From: Camelus dromedarius
Lineage: Eukaryota
Length of the DNA stretch: 64,000 nt
Direction of reading: 5' to 3'
NCBI RefSeq assembly: GCF_036321535.1
Contig: NC_087437.1
Span: 93,684,001 to 93,748,000, forward strand
Below, piece by piece: positions 11,801 through 24,529 of this stretch (position 1 is the first letter of the stretch; each line of letters opens with the position of its first letter). The position numbers and the translations under genes were made by a program. The notes under the pieces were generated by a model. The model saw only the letters and a list, made by a program, of their open reading frames with translations. It searched no databases and had not been told where the DNA came from.

Positions 11801-12119
11801 CCGTTATGAAAATTTATGTAGCCTTCAGTGTGGATGAATTCTTTACCATAATCCCAAAGAAATAAATCTAAAAATGGGAAAGAGTATGTGGAATATAGTA
11901 CAATATTAGATAAGAATGCTGAGGTATTTAGAAAATTTATCATAGTTGATTCAGGAAAAGAAGTACACAGAGAAAGAGATAATTTTCTAATAATCCATTT
12001 TTGCCTTTTTCATCTTCAGTATCTCATTTTCATAATGGTGAATGAAGAGAGGAAGAATGAGAAAATTCAATGAAAAATAAATCTTTGTTGATTGTATTCC
12101 ATGTTATGCAATTATTTAA

Positions 12120-13380
12120 AAATTTTCCAAATTAGAGCTGTTTATATCAAAATACAGGCACAAGGATAAATAGTAAAATAAGTGGAATAGTCTATAAATG
12201 TCAGAAACTGATCATATATATACTTATGTGGTTGAAAATGCATATAGAGGTGAATTTTCAAATGAATTAGGAAAGAGTAATTTTTTGGATTGAAAAAATT
12301 GAATTTGAGGTTTTTGAATAAAAATAAAATTAGTTGTTTTTATAAAAGAAATGAACATAAATTTCAGAAGCATTCCCACTTTATTATTTTGTATGTAATT
12401 ATAAAATTACTCAAAATATGTGAATAATTCTTTTTATAATTCTGGGAAAGAAAAGGATTTTATAAGCATGATTCCATATGTTAAAACCATAAAAAGTAAA
12501 TTGGTATATTTGATTACCTTAATTTTGAAACTTTTGTAGAGCAGGAAAAAAAGAAAAGAAAGAAATACAATCTGAGTATATTTTTAAAAATGTATATGAT
12601 AGGCAAATTACTAATTTATTCAATATGAAAAAAACTTTTGTAAGTAAACTACAGAAGTGAATACTCTAAGGTAAAGTTGGGTAAGTTGCACAATAGCTAA
12701 CAGGGGAAGATGTATAATCCTATTAGTGAATTAAAATGAAAACAATGCTTAATGGCTTTAGCATTGGGGGAAAAGTGTACATCTTAGTTTAGTTAGAGTA
12801 TGAAGAAAAGGCCACTCCCCTACATTCTTATTTAGAATCTAACTTGATACATATATTATGAGTGATGATATGTTAATAAAAATGTGGCCTTTATCCTTTG
12901 ACTCGCGAAGTCTCTCTAAGGCTTTCTCTAAGAAAATAATAAAAAAAAAATTGTAAAGTGTTACTTCAGATATTATTTTTTATGTATTGTTATAATAGTG
13001 ATTAATATGACACATCTTAAATATTTATTATAAGGAATTAATGCATAAATATCTGCAAAGATGTTGAGAATAAATAATTACAAAGAAAAATGCACACCAT
13101 AGTCTCATGCTTTTCAATGTATATATATATATATGAATGCTTTTTGGTGTGTGTGTGTATATATATGTATATATATATATATGAATGCATGTTTGTGTAT
13201 ATCCATGAATACTACATATACAAATAAAATATTAAAAGGGTACATATCAAAATATTAATAATACTTATTTATATCTGACTGATAGCTGATGATTTAGATG
13301 ATCCATCTAAATGTTTTCTTTTACTTTGTTGTTACTTAAAGAATTTTCTAAAATTAATACTTTCTGAAAAAAATACTATT
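12120..13380 (+). mobile_element. Very degenerate ancient L1M fragment(s)
   Basis: A-rich, with remnants resembling L1 ORF2/3' UTR (GGAATAGTCTATAAATGTCAGAAACTGATC; GAAAAGGCCACTCCCCTACA; CCTTTGACTC). The signal is weak. Confidence 0.45.
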
Positions 13381-15124
13381 TCTAAAATGTATTTAATGTT
13401 CATCCCCTTTGCTCTTGCTATCCAGCTGAAGGTCCACCTTTTAATACCTTTCTATAGTAATCCATTCTACATCTGCTGACAAGAAGAATGATTCCAAGCA
13501 TTTTAAAAAATGATAAAAAATAGATATTTTATTTTCTTATTTCATGTTCAGAATGCAAGCACTAAGGCATATTAAGTTGAAAAGCACCAATAGCTTTACA
13601 ATGTGGTACTTATACTTGGTGAATTACATGGAAGGTTTATGTGCTACAGTGGAACATTAAGAATAATAGACCTGTTTCTAAAGCAATAATATTTTATGTC
13701 CTTTTTTCTCTTTTTTTCACATTACTACCATTACGCTGAAACTGCCAGTTTAGAACTATTTAAAAAGGGTACAGTGGTTCTCAAAACAAAAAATAATCAT
13801 TAAATTTTTTGCATTTAACATACAAATACAATGAATCTTTTTTTGTGTATAATTCAAGACAGTTTTATCACTGCAAAGAAAACTTTAAAAAAAAATCTCT
13901 TTGTTTTTGTAATGAAGGATATGCACCAAAATCTTTATCTATATTAATGTCTGAAAGCTCTTTTGGCTGTACATTCTTATCAGAAAAAGAAGATGACAGT
14001 ACCTAAATATGTATATCTATTTAATTTCTGATACATTCCAAACAGCATCCTGCCCTCATGGTTTTTATCTTACAGTGGATATATGCTATTGCCAAACTAT
14101 ATTTTAAAATAGAAATATAATATAATATATAAATATATAACATATAAAAATAAAATATAATTTTTTTCATAAACTTTTCATGGGAATCCAGAAGAAGGTG
14201 AAATTAGGCTTAGGTAGTAGGAAAACAGCATTGGATCTAGCTATGAACCACCTTCTTCTTGCCTATTTTTCCCTCAATGCTTTTCTTCTCTTTTCTCAAA
14301 TTCTTGTTGGTAAATCTGTCCAAGGTTATCTTTTTGGGCCAAGTCATAAATTACCAGCCAGCCTATAAATAAATTAACTTTGGTTTATGCAGTCAAGACT
14401 TTTGAATTTAGTGCTATGAAGTTTGAATCCCCACATAAAAGGAGTTGTGAGTGTACATTTGGAAAACATGCAGAAGTGTGAAACGCTCTCAGAAAGAAAT
14501 ATGTTAGAAAGCACATTCTAATGTGATTCTTTTGTGATATTTGTTGAGTATAACAATAGTACTTATTTATTTCTTTCATTTTAATATCAATCCATCACAA
14601 GGAAAATATTTCTTCCCACCAGTGGATTTTAGTCATTTCAGTCGACTTAACCATATACTAGGCAATATTTTTCCATCTGTAAAATGGCAATTTCAGATAG
14701 CCCAGCCTACTAATAAGAACTAATATGATCCTTTATTAGAGAGATCACTCTCTTGGTATTGCTTATTATTTTTGTCAAGATAGAAAGGCACTTTTTAAAA
14801 AAGGGTTGGGTTATTAACAACTGTCTTATTTGTAAAAGGGGGGAAATAGATAGTGCCTCCTTAGACAGACTCTCTGCTGTTTCTCCACTTTTCAGAATCT
14901 ATTCAGCTTCCATCTCTCTTAAACTGTGTAAATGCATTTCAATAACTACCAGCAACTAAATGTGGAACTGGAACATCAGTGTTGTTCTTCTTGCCCTGCT
15001 GTCAAAGCTGTTAAGGCATTTACATAAAATTGGAGAGTAAATAAATCAACTGAAAATCCAACCTTCAAATATTTACAAATAATTGTTCTATCACTTTCTG
15101 TCCAGATCTCTAATCAAAATGGAG

Positions 15125-15380
15125 TTTGGTGTCCATCAAGTGAGTAACAGACAAGTAAAATGTGCTCTATCCATACAAAAGGGTATTATTCCAGTAATAA
15201 AGAATATAGCATGCATACTAAAACATGAATGAACATTGAAACCATTATACCAAGTCAAAAAAGCCAGTCAAATGAAATGTCTAGTGTATGCAAATCTATA
15301 GAGACAGAGAGTAGATTAGTGGTTGCTTAAGGTTGGGGTAGATGTTAAGCAAGAAAGTAGTATGTTCTTCAAATGGTATG
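15125..15380 (+). mobile_element. L1MB-like 3' fragment
   Basis: GTGTCCATCAA..AAAATGTGCTCTATCCATACAA..AAAGCCAGTCA..GCAAATCTATAGAGACAGAGAGTAGATTAGTGGTTGC is a classic L1M 3' end. Confidence 0.8.
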
Positions 15381-15454
15381 TAAAATACTGTAGAGGCAAG
15401 GGACACTAAAGAAGGACATATACTTTCAACATATTTCATTCATATTCAATTCAT

Positions 15455-15614
15455 TTTTAATTTTTTAATTTATTTTAATATATTTTTATTGAAGTATAGT
15501 CAGTTTACAATGTGTCAATTTCTCATGTACAGCACCATACTTCAGTCATATAGGAATATATATTCATTTTCATGTTCTTTTTCACCATATGTTACAATAA
15601 GATATTGAATATAG
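15455..15614 (-). mobile_element. Short 5'-truncated young L1 3' end with perfect 16-bp TSD
   Basis: T-rich tail followed by TTGAAGTATAGTCAGTTTACAATGTGTCAATTTC. TTCATATTCAATTCAT flanks it at 15439-15454 and 15615-15630. It is homologous to the L1s at 34.5 kb and 43.2 kb. Confidence 0.9.
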
Positions 15615-15809
15615 TTCATATTCAATTCATATTGAATGATTTCATTCAATATCTTTCAGTAAACTGAATGATAAATGACTGAATTTCTAAATTAAGTTAA
15701 TAATCATAGGAATGAAGAGCAAAGATACTATGTAGAATGTTACAGATTAACAGTTGGTAGATGTGATGGCCAAATGACACAATCAGGGTGACCTGGAGTC
15801 ACTTTAGTA

Positions 15810-15870
15810 GTGTGTGTGTGTGTTGTGTGTGTGTGTGTGCATGTGAATATGTGTGTGAGAGAGAGAGAGG
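15810..15870. repeat. Compound (TG)n/(GA)n microsatellite
   Basis: Directly visible dinucleotide runs. Confidence 0.95.
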
Positions 15871-16869
15871 GAAAGAGAGAATAGATATAATGAATGAAAG
15901 AGATAGAATACCTTTTCAGTATGTTGGCAATAAATATTCCAATCGGAAATATAGCAGTGACATGTGACATGGGGAAATGTAAGGTTAGACATATAGAAAT
16001 GGAAGTAATTCACAGAAATAGGAAAGCTGAAGTTAGGGTATTTGATTATCTATTTCCTAGGCACAAAGAAGAAAATAAAGCTGAGAATCCATTCTTTGGG
16101 GATTTTCTTTTGATTGGATGTAGAGAGGGGAATAAATGACCCAGTAAATAATTCTGATTGAAGGAACAGTCAGAAAAGTAGAAATTATAGTGTTGCAGAT
16201 GTCAAAAAACTGCTCCAGCCAACCTGCATAATTGTTATTGTTTATGTCTCTGAGACGTTTCCTGTGTTTGTTACACAGCAATAGCTAACCAGTATACCCA
16301 GATATATTAACCTTATTGCATCTGTCTTATGTTTGCTTAAAGAATGAGAGGATGATGGATGAAGCCAAGGAATACTGCTTCTCTAGAACACCTCCTATAC
16401 TGTACTGTACTGCTGGGGACTGATGTTTTCTGGTGCCAGGTTTAGAACATCTCACTCATCTTAGTCTCTCAATGTAGAACCTATGCCTCATTTAATGTTC
16501 CTGCTATTATAATAATTGCTTCAGCAGTACTTCCTCTCCCAGGACCTAATTTTTGTCATGAGTTTTTTGGGTTTCTTTTTTTTTTAATCGGAAACGGGAT
16601 ATTTCAGAGAGGAGATCACCATTCTTTCTGAACATAAGTATGATATTTTGACTGAAAATTCTTTTAGAAAAAAGAGCCAGAAGTTCCTCTACCAGCCAGA
16701 GCAGAGAATTTTGTGATTTTTATGTAATAATCCAAGTTACTGTTAACTCCTAGGCACTTGATACACTTGAAACAGTCAAATGTACACCTAAGGAACAGCC
16801 TTCCTTGGCCCAAGTATGAGGGTTTTAATGAAGTCATGAACTCCCCTGATTAAAACCAGTTAATATTTT

Positions 16870-17380
16870 CTAATTGTGTTTTTTAAAAGTGAGCATGTTT
16901 CCTTGTCTAATAGGACCCCGCGACATCTGGCTCCTTTTAGGCTTTTCTACTTTGTAATTATCAAACTATTTGCCCCATTTTTCATTATTTATCCACCTAA
17001 CTGGCTTTCTTTGTATTCCTTAAATATTATCAAGCCTTTTCTCATTTCTGGAATGTTGTTCTTAGTGCTCCATTTGCCTCCCTGAATCTTTCCCCAGCTC
17101 TTTATATGACTGTCTCACTAGTATTCTTTAAACCCAGTTCAAATATCATCCCCTCAGATATCTCTCTCACTCACACCAACCAATGGGGCCTTCACCAGTT
17201 ACCCCTTCTTTGCTATCTCATTTCTCTGGTGTATAACAGAATCTGCAATTATTCTCTTCATTTTTGAATTTGCTTACTATCTGTCTCCCCTATTAAAATG
17301 TAATCTTTAAAGTTCCAGAAGACGTGTCTGCCTTTTAACTGATATATTACCAGCATTTAGGGACCAATAGGTGAGAATAA
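16870..17380 (+). mobile_element. L2 3' fragment
   Basis: CAGTTCAAATATCATCCCCTCAG..CTGTCTCCCCTATTAAAATGTAA..GTGTCTGCC..ACCAGCATTTAG resembles an L2 3' end. Confidence 0.6.
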
Positions 17381-17496
17381 TGAGACTGTATGTTTCAGCT
17401 TAAAATTAAGAATGCATATCTTAACAAGGGTCCCCTACATCCATGGGTTCCCCATTTATAGATACATTAAATCTGAGACAGGGTACTGTATCTTAA

Positions 17497-17985
17497 TGCA
17501 TCAGTGATCTATTGCTGCAAAACGAATCATCTCAAAAATTAAAATTTAGTGACTGGCAACAACAGACGTTTCTAATGTCCTGATTTCTGTGGGTCAGAAA
17601 TTTTGGAGCAGCTTGGGTGGTTCTGCCTCTGAGTCTCTTATTTACAGCCAGGCTTTCAAGAAAGACTTTTGTCATTTCAAGATTGGAAAGGGGCTTAACC
17701 TCTCCATAGGGCTGCTCACAATGTGGCAACTTGTTTCTCCTAGTTCAAGGGATGTGTGTGTGTGTGTGTGTGTATGCGTATGCACCCGTGTGCGCACATG
17801 TGCACGCATGTGGGTGGGAGAGAGAGACTGGATGTTCTTTTTGTAACCTAATCGTGGAACCAACATTACATCACTTTTTCCAAATTAGGAGACGGCACTA
17901 GGTCCATCACACACTCAAAGGAAAGACATGACACATGAGCATCAATACCAAGAGGCTGGAATCATCTTAGAATCTGCCTATCACG
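17497..17985 (-). mobile_element. Old MLT1 (F/G/H-like) MaLR LTR with internal (TG)n
   Basis: CTATTGCTGC..AAAATTTAGTGACT..TTTCTGTGGGTCAGAAATTT..GGGCTGCTCACAATGTGGC..CTGCCTATCAC is the MLT1 reverse complement. Confidence 0.8.
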
Positions 17986-18396
17986 ATCAGAGCTAGTTTA
18001 AAGAGTATTCTGTATTTGGTTAGCAGTTATCCTCTTGTAGCTCTAAATTTCTTTCAGTGCTAAAATTTTTCTGATAAATTTATCATCACAGTACCTGGGA
18101 CACCAAAAAACTTTGTATTTATTTGTAAGACATATTTTCAAAGCAACCCCTGCCCTAGGAGGGTCATTTTAAAGCAGTATGATTCAAGAATTTGAATAAT
18201 GCCATTTCATTTCATTTATCTATTCATTCATTGAACAAATACTTTCTGAGTATCTACCATGCTAAGACCACATCAAGTAATGAAAATACGGTGGAGTAGA
18301 AAAAAGGAAACTTCATGCGTGAAACTTGAAATACTAAGAAGTTCATTAATCAAATGTTTGATTGCATTTGGACTTTTCTGGATAAAGCTGTTAGAG

Positions 18397-18489
18397 CCTT
18401 TTCCTTCTTTTTCTTTTTTTTTTTCATTTTCTTTTCTTTCTTTTTTTTCCTCCCTTCTTTTCCTTTTTCTTTTTTCTTTTTTTTTTTTC
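18397..18489. repeat. 93-nt polypyrimidine low-complexity tract
   Basis: Only C and T apart from a single A at 18426. Confidence 0.95.
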
Positions 18490-20446
18490 AATTCCACAGA
18501 TTCAGTTATACAGGGGTGTGTCTAAATTGTGTCTAATTGTGTCTAAAACATACTGGTAATGCAGAGTAAAATCATACCTAAGCTTGGTTAGTTTATAAGT
18601 GTTTAATGTTGTTCCTCAACATGCACATTATTAAGATGTTACACTGTGTCATTGTATGTATTTACTGCATTGGTTACCCAACAGCAAAATAAGCTGTGGT
18701 AGATAACATTTACTCTGTATTGGTTTGTGACTAAATGTTTTTTGATGGGCTGTGAACCTCACTTCATGGAATAAAAGCATAGCAACATCAAATAGCTTTG
18801 AGGCTCATATAAGGCATCATCAAAATTCATAGTAAACATAGCAGGGGAGACTGCAGATCTGTTTAAATTCATTGTCAAGGAAGTATTGCCATCTTGCCTG
18901 AAATTGATAAGACCCATATAACCGGATTAAAGAGAAGCTCTTTCCATCTCCCTCTCTTTCTTTTTTCTTTTTTTTTTTTTTAATAAATCTTACAGCATAT
19001 GTAGGGGGAAAAAAAACTTTCTGACACACAGAAGTATGAATCACTGATAGTTATTCTGCAGACACCCTGCATTTTTGTTGACTTATAAGTTATAACTTTG
19101 TAAATTTCAGAGTGTGTTATTTCTTATCATCATTGCTTGTGTTGTCTTTTCTCTAGGCCAATTTTCTAAGTGCATTCCCAGTAGAATAGATAAAACTAGC
19201 CTGCTTGAACTTTTTCTATGATGTGTTTGACAGAAACTTTTGTCTTTCAAAGGAGAGTCAACAATTGCTGAGGAACTGAACCTATTTCCAGGCTCATTGT
19301 TATGCATATTACGGACTGAAAGAATGACCTAGGAGGTCTTTCAATTGCTTATATTTTTAATACAAGGTGCCTTCATTTTTTAAAAAAGTTTAATGACTTG
19401 GGATTTCATTTACGCCAAATAATGAGAGCCTGTGCAAGGCTGCAGATTGTAATATGGATGTTGTCATGCGCTGCTGCACTTGGTAGATAATTTATTCAGA
19501 GGCCTGGAAGGGAGCTTCTTAAAAATAACTGACATTGAGGACGTCAATAAACATTGATGCCATGCACGTGCCAGCTGTGAGATCATTAGTAGGTGAAACA
19601 CCCTACTGTGCAAACAGCTTCAAACTGACTCAAAGAGTAATGTATTTTAGCCAAAGGCATAAATGAATTCATGAATTCAGTAACAGTTCTCTAACTCAGT
19701 TCTATCTTTTGAAACTTTTATTTATTCCCTTTTTATTGGTGTAGTTTGGTGGAGGCAGTGTTTGAAAAGGCAGAGTGCTCTATCCTCTCGTACTTCCTAA
19801 CAGACATTTGCTATTGTGGTTCTATAAGTAGAAGATGACCATTCCAAGTCTACCTGTCTAATTAGGTGGTAAATGAAAAGACTAGTTGACATTTTGTTTG
19901 GAATTTTTCTTTTTAAGACTAGATGAGATTATAGGAAGCCATGCTTAGACATTGGGTCTAGTTTATGTTATGAGAAACATATGCACACATATTATTTCAT
20001 TTCTACTACTAGTGATCATGTGGAGTTAAGAAGTAAATTGTTCTATATATCTGCAAATGTATACATAAGACCTGTGGGCACAGGAAAAAATAACTCAGAT
20101 TCTCTGAATAATGCAGAATTTACAATGATTTATCTGACCAAAGGATTAAAAGTCTTTTTCCATAGCCAATGATTTCCCTATCTCTGAAATAATGAGCAAT
20201 GCTGTACTGAGGATGTTGGCTTCAAATAGCAGGGATATCAGGCCAGATGATTACAAGTGTGCTCTCCAGTCTTTGGTATCTATGTTTCCACATAGAAAAT
20301 TCCCCCAGGCTAATTCTGGCTGTGTAGTATGAGAAAAAGTAAAATGAAGTACTATGGCAGAGAGAAATACAAAATAGAACTTCCCTCATTGTAATTGAGA
20401 ATACTTGATTTCCTTTCTTTATATTTTATAACAAAATGTTTAGGAG

Positions 20447-20927
20447 TGTCGACTGAAATAAATGCACAGCCTAAAAGTTGAGAGTTATGTTTTATTTGGC
20501 GGACATTTCTGAGGACTCAAACCCCGGGATGATAGCCTCTCAGATGGCTCTGAGGGACTGCTCTGAAGAGGTAGGGGAGGAGCTAGGATATAAAGGAGCT
20601 TTACAACAAAGACCAGGTAGTTGGAACATTAAAAGATTACTTGTCAACTGAAGAAAACCAGGCCTCTCATGTTAAAGAATTTAGTGCTTTTCTGTGGATG
20701 AGAGGAAGCAAACATTTGGGCTCATGGAATTCATTCCTTTGACAAGCACCTAGGGCCAGTATCCTGTCCTTTCTTATTCTGAGTCCCCTCAGGGTGCACC
20801 ATTGTGAGTGGCTGCTGGGGCTGGGCTGCAGGCTTGTCTTCACTGGGGGGTGGTGGCAGCGGCTGGTGGCTTGATGGCTTGAGCATTCTTTGTTTACTGA
20901 TACGGTTTGCAGTATTTTTCATTCACA
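20447..20927 (-). mobile_element. ERV1-like solo LTR, family 'A' copy 2, uninterrupted (481 bp)
   Basis: TGT..ACA termini, near-matching TSD GGAG/GTAG, and high identity to 6254-6459 plus 7036-7317. Confidence 0.92.
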
Positions 20928-21962
20928 GTAGGAAAAAGTACTGAAAAAGCAGCTGTGAATCTGGGTCTTACGAATTTTTCTTTCAATAAAGAACATTCAG
21001 TATGATCTTTATTTTTACTTAACTATGATTTTTATTTCCTTTCCCTTTTTCCAGCCCTTTCCAAATGTACCCAAATAAGTCAATAATAATTTTTAAGATT
21101 CATGTTTGTGGAACCACAATATTATCAGCTAAATGCAACCAATTTCACAGTTAATAGTACACTAATTAGTATTTTATTATATTAAACATCTTCTTGAAAC
21201 CTTTCTCAGTACTGCAAAGGAGGCCAGGAAAGATAGGATGCTAACTTGGCTGCTCAGTTAGATGTGAATATTTCTCCTAAAAGTCCACAGATACTGAGAA
21301 TGGGGCTTGAAGCTCTATATGTAAAAATGCCTGTAGAAGAAATGTTCTGTAAGTTGAAAGAGCAATGTAATTATGATGCAGGTAAAGTTTTCATTTTGAA
21401 ATGTGATCTGATCTTACAAAAATACATTTGGCACAATATGAAAGATCCTATATTTGTTACTAACCTCTGATTTGTATTTTCTTTCCAGTATTTACCCCCA
21501 AATGAGACTTGAGCATTCTTAAGTTTCAATATTTGTAAAAAACCAAAAAACCAAAAAAAAACAAAAAACAAAAAAACACACTTTGGTATACGTGAAAAAT
21601 AACTTCCCAAGCTTTCAGAATCTAAACAGTTATCTAATTTTGTAATTTCAAAGTAATAATTTTCATTTGCAATATTCTAAATTTGGTATGGGGATAGATT
21701 AACTATTTTCAGTACAATTGTGGTAAACTTTTGGAAAGAATTCTAGATCTATGGTTGGAAAATATTACAAGAAAGCACTAAGACCATTAAAACTGCATCT
21801 GAGTGGAACAGTTTTTTTTTCTTATTTTGTAGAGAAATTAAAATATTTTAGATTAAAAGTTAGCACTTGGAGAAAGATTGCAGCAATTCAATTTCATGTT
21901 ATATTTAAGACAGATGAATTGCAAATCAATAACTAATCTTAGAGAAACTATAGCTAATATTG

Positions 21963-22618
21963 TGTTGCTGGTAGATGCAACCAGTGTTCCGCGTTCTTGT
22001 CCTGTCCCAGAAAGAATTCAGAGATAAGATGTAGTGGTTAAAAAAGTAAAGTGAGGATTTATTAAAGGATGGATAGTACACTCTCAAGGGGAGAGCGGGC
22101 AGGCTCAGGGGAGCGGCTGCCCTGAGTTTCTTTGGCAAGTGAGTTACATAGGGTGTAAAATTGAATGGGCGGAATGTTCATTGGGGAGGGAAGGGTTTGG
22201 GGTCGTGTTCCCTGATTATCATCCCAACTCCACCTTCCCAAAAGGAGGAGGGATTTTTGTCCTTATTTAGTCTGGATCGAAAGTGTCATGGCATCGGTGC
22301 ATGATGGGTACTTCTGATCTGCAAGGCTAATTTTATTGAAATGAGAGCATAATGAGTAAAGGATTACATTTGGATACTGGAAATTCCTGCCTTTTCTCAC
22401 CTTTCTTTGTTCTTCTCCAGGCCATTCATAACCCCAAAAGGTGTGATCCCTTATCAGCCCAAAGGTTCCTGCTTTTCTTTCTCTGCGCAGGGACCCCTGG
22501 TGCTTACATGATGTGTGGTTTCCTGCATTTGGCTTGTGTGCCTCCTTTGCCCAATTCCTGCAATTTGTTCTGTGTCCCCCTTTCTCTGCTCCTGTCTAGG
22601 TATCTGCCTGCTCTAACA
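21963..22618 (-). mobile_element. ERV1-like solo LTR (656 bp)
   Basis: TGTT..AACA termini, near-matching TSD ATTG/GTTG and minus-strand AATAAA at about 22058. GC and CpG content are higher than in the flanks. Confidence 0.88.
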
Positions 22619-23009
22619 GTTGGATAATCAATATAATATGTAATTGAGCATTTCTGTATCTCTAGTAACTGAAAAATTTTTGTTTTACTTGATGAAAAAA
22701 TGCTTTGTTTAAAATAGAAATTAAAAAAATAAAGGCATAGTTACACATAAGTACACATCCCCCAAAAGTATAAAACATTTCTTAAACAATACAGTTTATC
22801 CATAAATAGGTCTCTAATTTTCTTCAGGGAAACTTTCTTACATTGTCAGAAACATATATATTCGTACCTTTTATACAGTTTATTTCTAAGTGGTCTTCTG
22901 AATTTTAAAGAATGTCATCTATTGACAATTTAGATCCATTGTGAAATATTGGATTTTTGCATCAAATTTATTAGCCTCTCACTTGTAAAAAAAAAAGTGT
23001 GTATACTAA

Positions 23010-23585
23010 TGAAAATGGTACTTGTTAATTGTGTCAACTTGATTAAGCTGTAGAGTATATTTCCAAGAATCTTGTTTCTTAATATAGTTCTGAGTTAGAC
23101 TTGACCACAGTAAAAACTTGTGAGAGGGTTTAAATGCAGAAGTGAAGTGAAGTACTTTCAGGAGGTCTTTTGATGCCAAGACATGATAGACACAGAATTG
23201 CCTAGTGGGCTCTGGAATGTCCTGGCTGTGCCCCCTGAGAGGCCATCTTCCCAGCTATTGGATCTGCTGCCCAACAGCAGTTCTAGGCCCACCCCCAGAG
23301 GCTCGGTTGTGGACCCACTGAGGCAAAAACCACCTAAGCACAGTAGCTTCCTATAGGCGTCTGCACTGAATCTAATTCCCAGCCCCACTTTCACTGCTGG
23401 GCATGAATGGCTTCCAGACTGACTGGCTGGTGATTCCTGCTTGGACATTCATACTCCTTTTTCTGACCTTTCATTTCTCCAGCATCCCCCACAGTATTAT
23501 CATTTGAATCCATGTAAGGAATCCCATACTAGATACCACTTCTATTGATTCTGTTCTTTTGATGAGCCCTGGGCTGTCTGATAAA
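23010..23585 (+). mobile_element. MLT2F-like ERV-L LTR
   Basis: Starts GTTAATTGTGTCAACTTGATTAAGCTG..TTTCCAAGAAT..GCAGAAGTGAAG and ends GAGCCCTG..CTGATA, matching an MLT2F-type consensus from memory. Confidence 0.7.
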
Positions 23586-23594
23586 TACGCTAGT

Positions 23595-23725
23595 AGGTAA
23601 GTGCTCTTATTGTCTCAGTTTTGCAAATGCAGAAACTAAGGACAGAGATAACCACAGTCATATATCTTACAATGGATGGAACCAGAATTCAAACCCAAGC
23701 AGTCTGACAATGGTGGTCTACAATC
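23595..23725 (-). mobile_element. MIR SINE fragment
   Basis: MIR core: TTTTGCAAATGCAGAAACTAAGG..GGAACCAGAATTCAAACCCAAGCAGTCTGAC. Confidence 0.7.
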
Positions 23726-24082
23726 TAACATGAGTTTATTAAAAGCCAGATGTACTATGAAGAGGGAGGTGTTATGAACTATGTATAAAATGACCCGGAC
23801 TTAAGTTCTACTTTTACCATGAATTAATGAGACCTAACTAACTCTGTTTAATTATTCCTAGTATTATTTTTCTCATCTTTATAAAAATTGGGGAGGGATT
23901 AGGTGATCTGTAATATTTCCTTCATCTTAAAAATTCTGTAAATTTACTACTCTAGCCTCATACAGTTTCTTCCCAAAATTGCACCTCTCTCCACAGTAAT
24001 TCCAAGGGTAACTGATATCCAGAAGAAGTCTAGTACGTGGACTCTGAAGCCACATAGTTGAATCCAGACTCTATTACATGCT

Positions 24083-24511
24083 TGTCATAGATGAGAATAA
24101 TGACCTTCCAAGATGTTCATGTCTTAATTTCCAGAACCTTTGAATATGGCAAAACGAACTTTGCAGATGTGATCAAGTTAAGGATCTCGAGATGGGGAGA
24201 TTATGCTGGTTTATCCAGGTGAGCCCAGTGTAATCAAAAGGGACCTTATAAGAGAAAGAAAGAGGCAGGAGAATCAGAAAAGGTGATGATATAAGCAGAC
24301 ATAGAAGTTTTGCACAGTCAAGAGCGCAGGAATGTGAGCAGCTTCTGGAAGCTACAAAAAGCAAGGAAATGATTTGTTTTCTAAAGACTACAGAAGCCAT
24401 GCTGATGCATTTTCAACTCTGATCTCCAAAATTTTAAGACAATAAATTTGCATTGTTTTAAACCTTTAAGTTTGTAGTAATATCCTATACCTGCAATAAG
24501 TCACTCCTGCA
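24083..24511 (+). mobile_element. MLT1D-like MaLR solo LTR
   Basis: AGAATAATGACC..CTTTGCAGATGTGAT..AAGGATCTCGAGATGGGGAGATTAT..TATCCAGGTGAGCCCA, with near-matching 5-bp TSD ATGCT/ATGCC. Confidence 0.88.
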
Positions 24512-24529
24512 ATGCCTAACATTATATTG

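Noticed and set aside
18259..18536. K/E/R-rich and F/S-rich ORFs
   Set aside because: These are translation artefacts of the polypyrimidine tract.
6254..20927. The two LTR A copies as the 5' and 3' LTRs of one 14.7-kb provirus
   Set aside because: Each copy has its own different TSD. The intervening DNA contains ancient MLT1, L2 and L1M fragments and no gag, pol or env.
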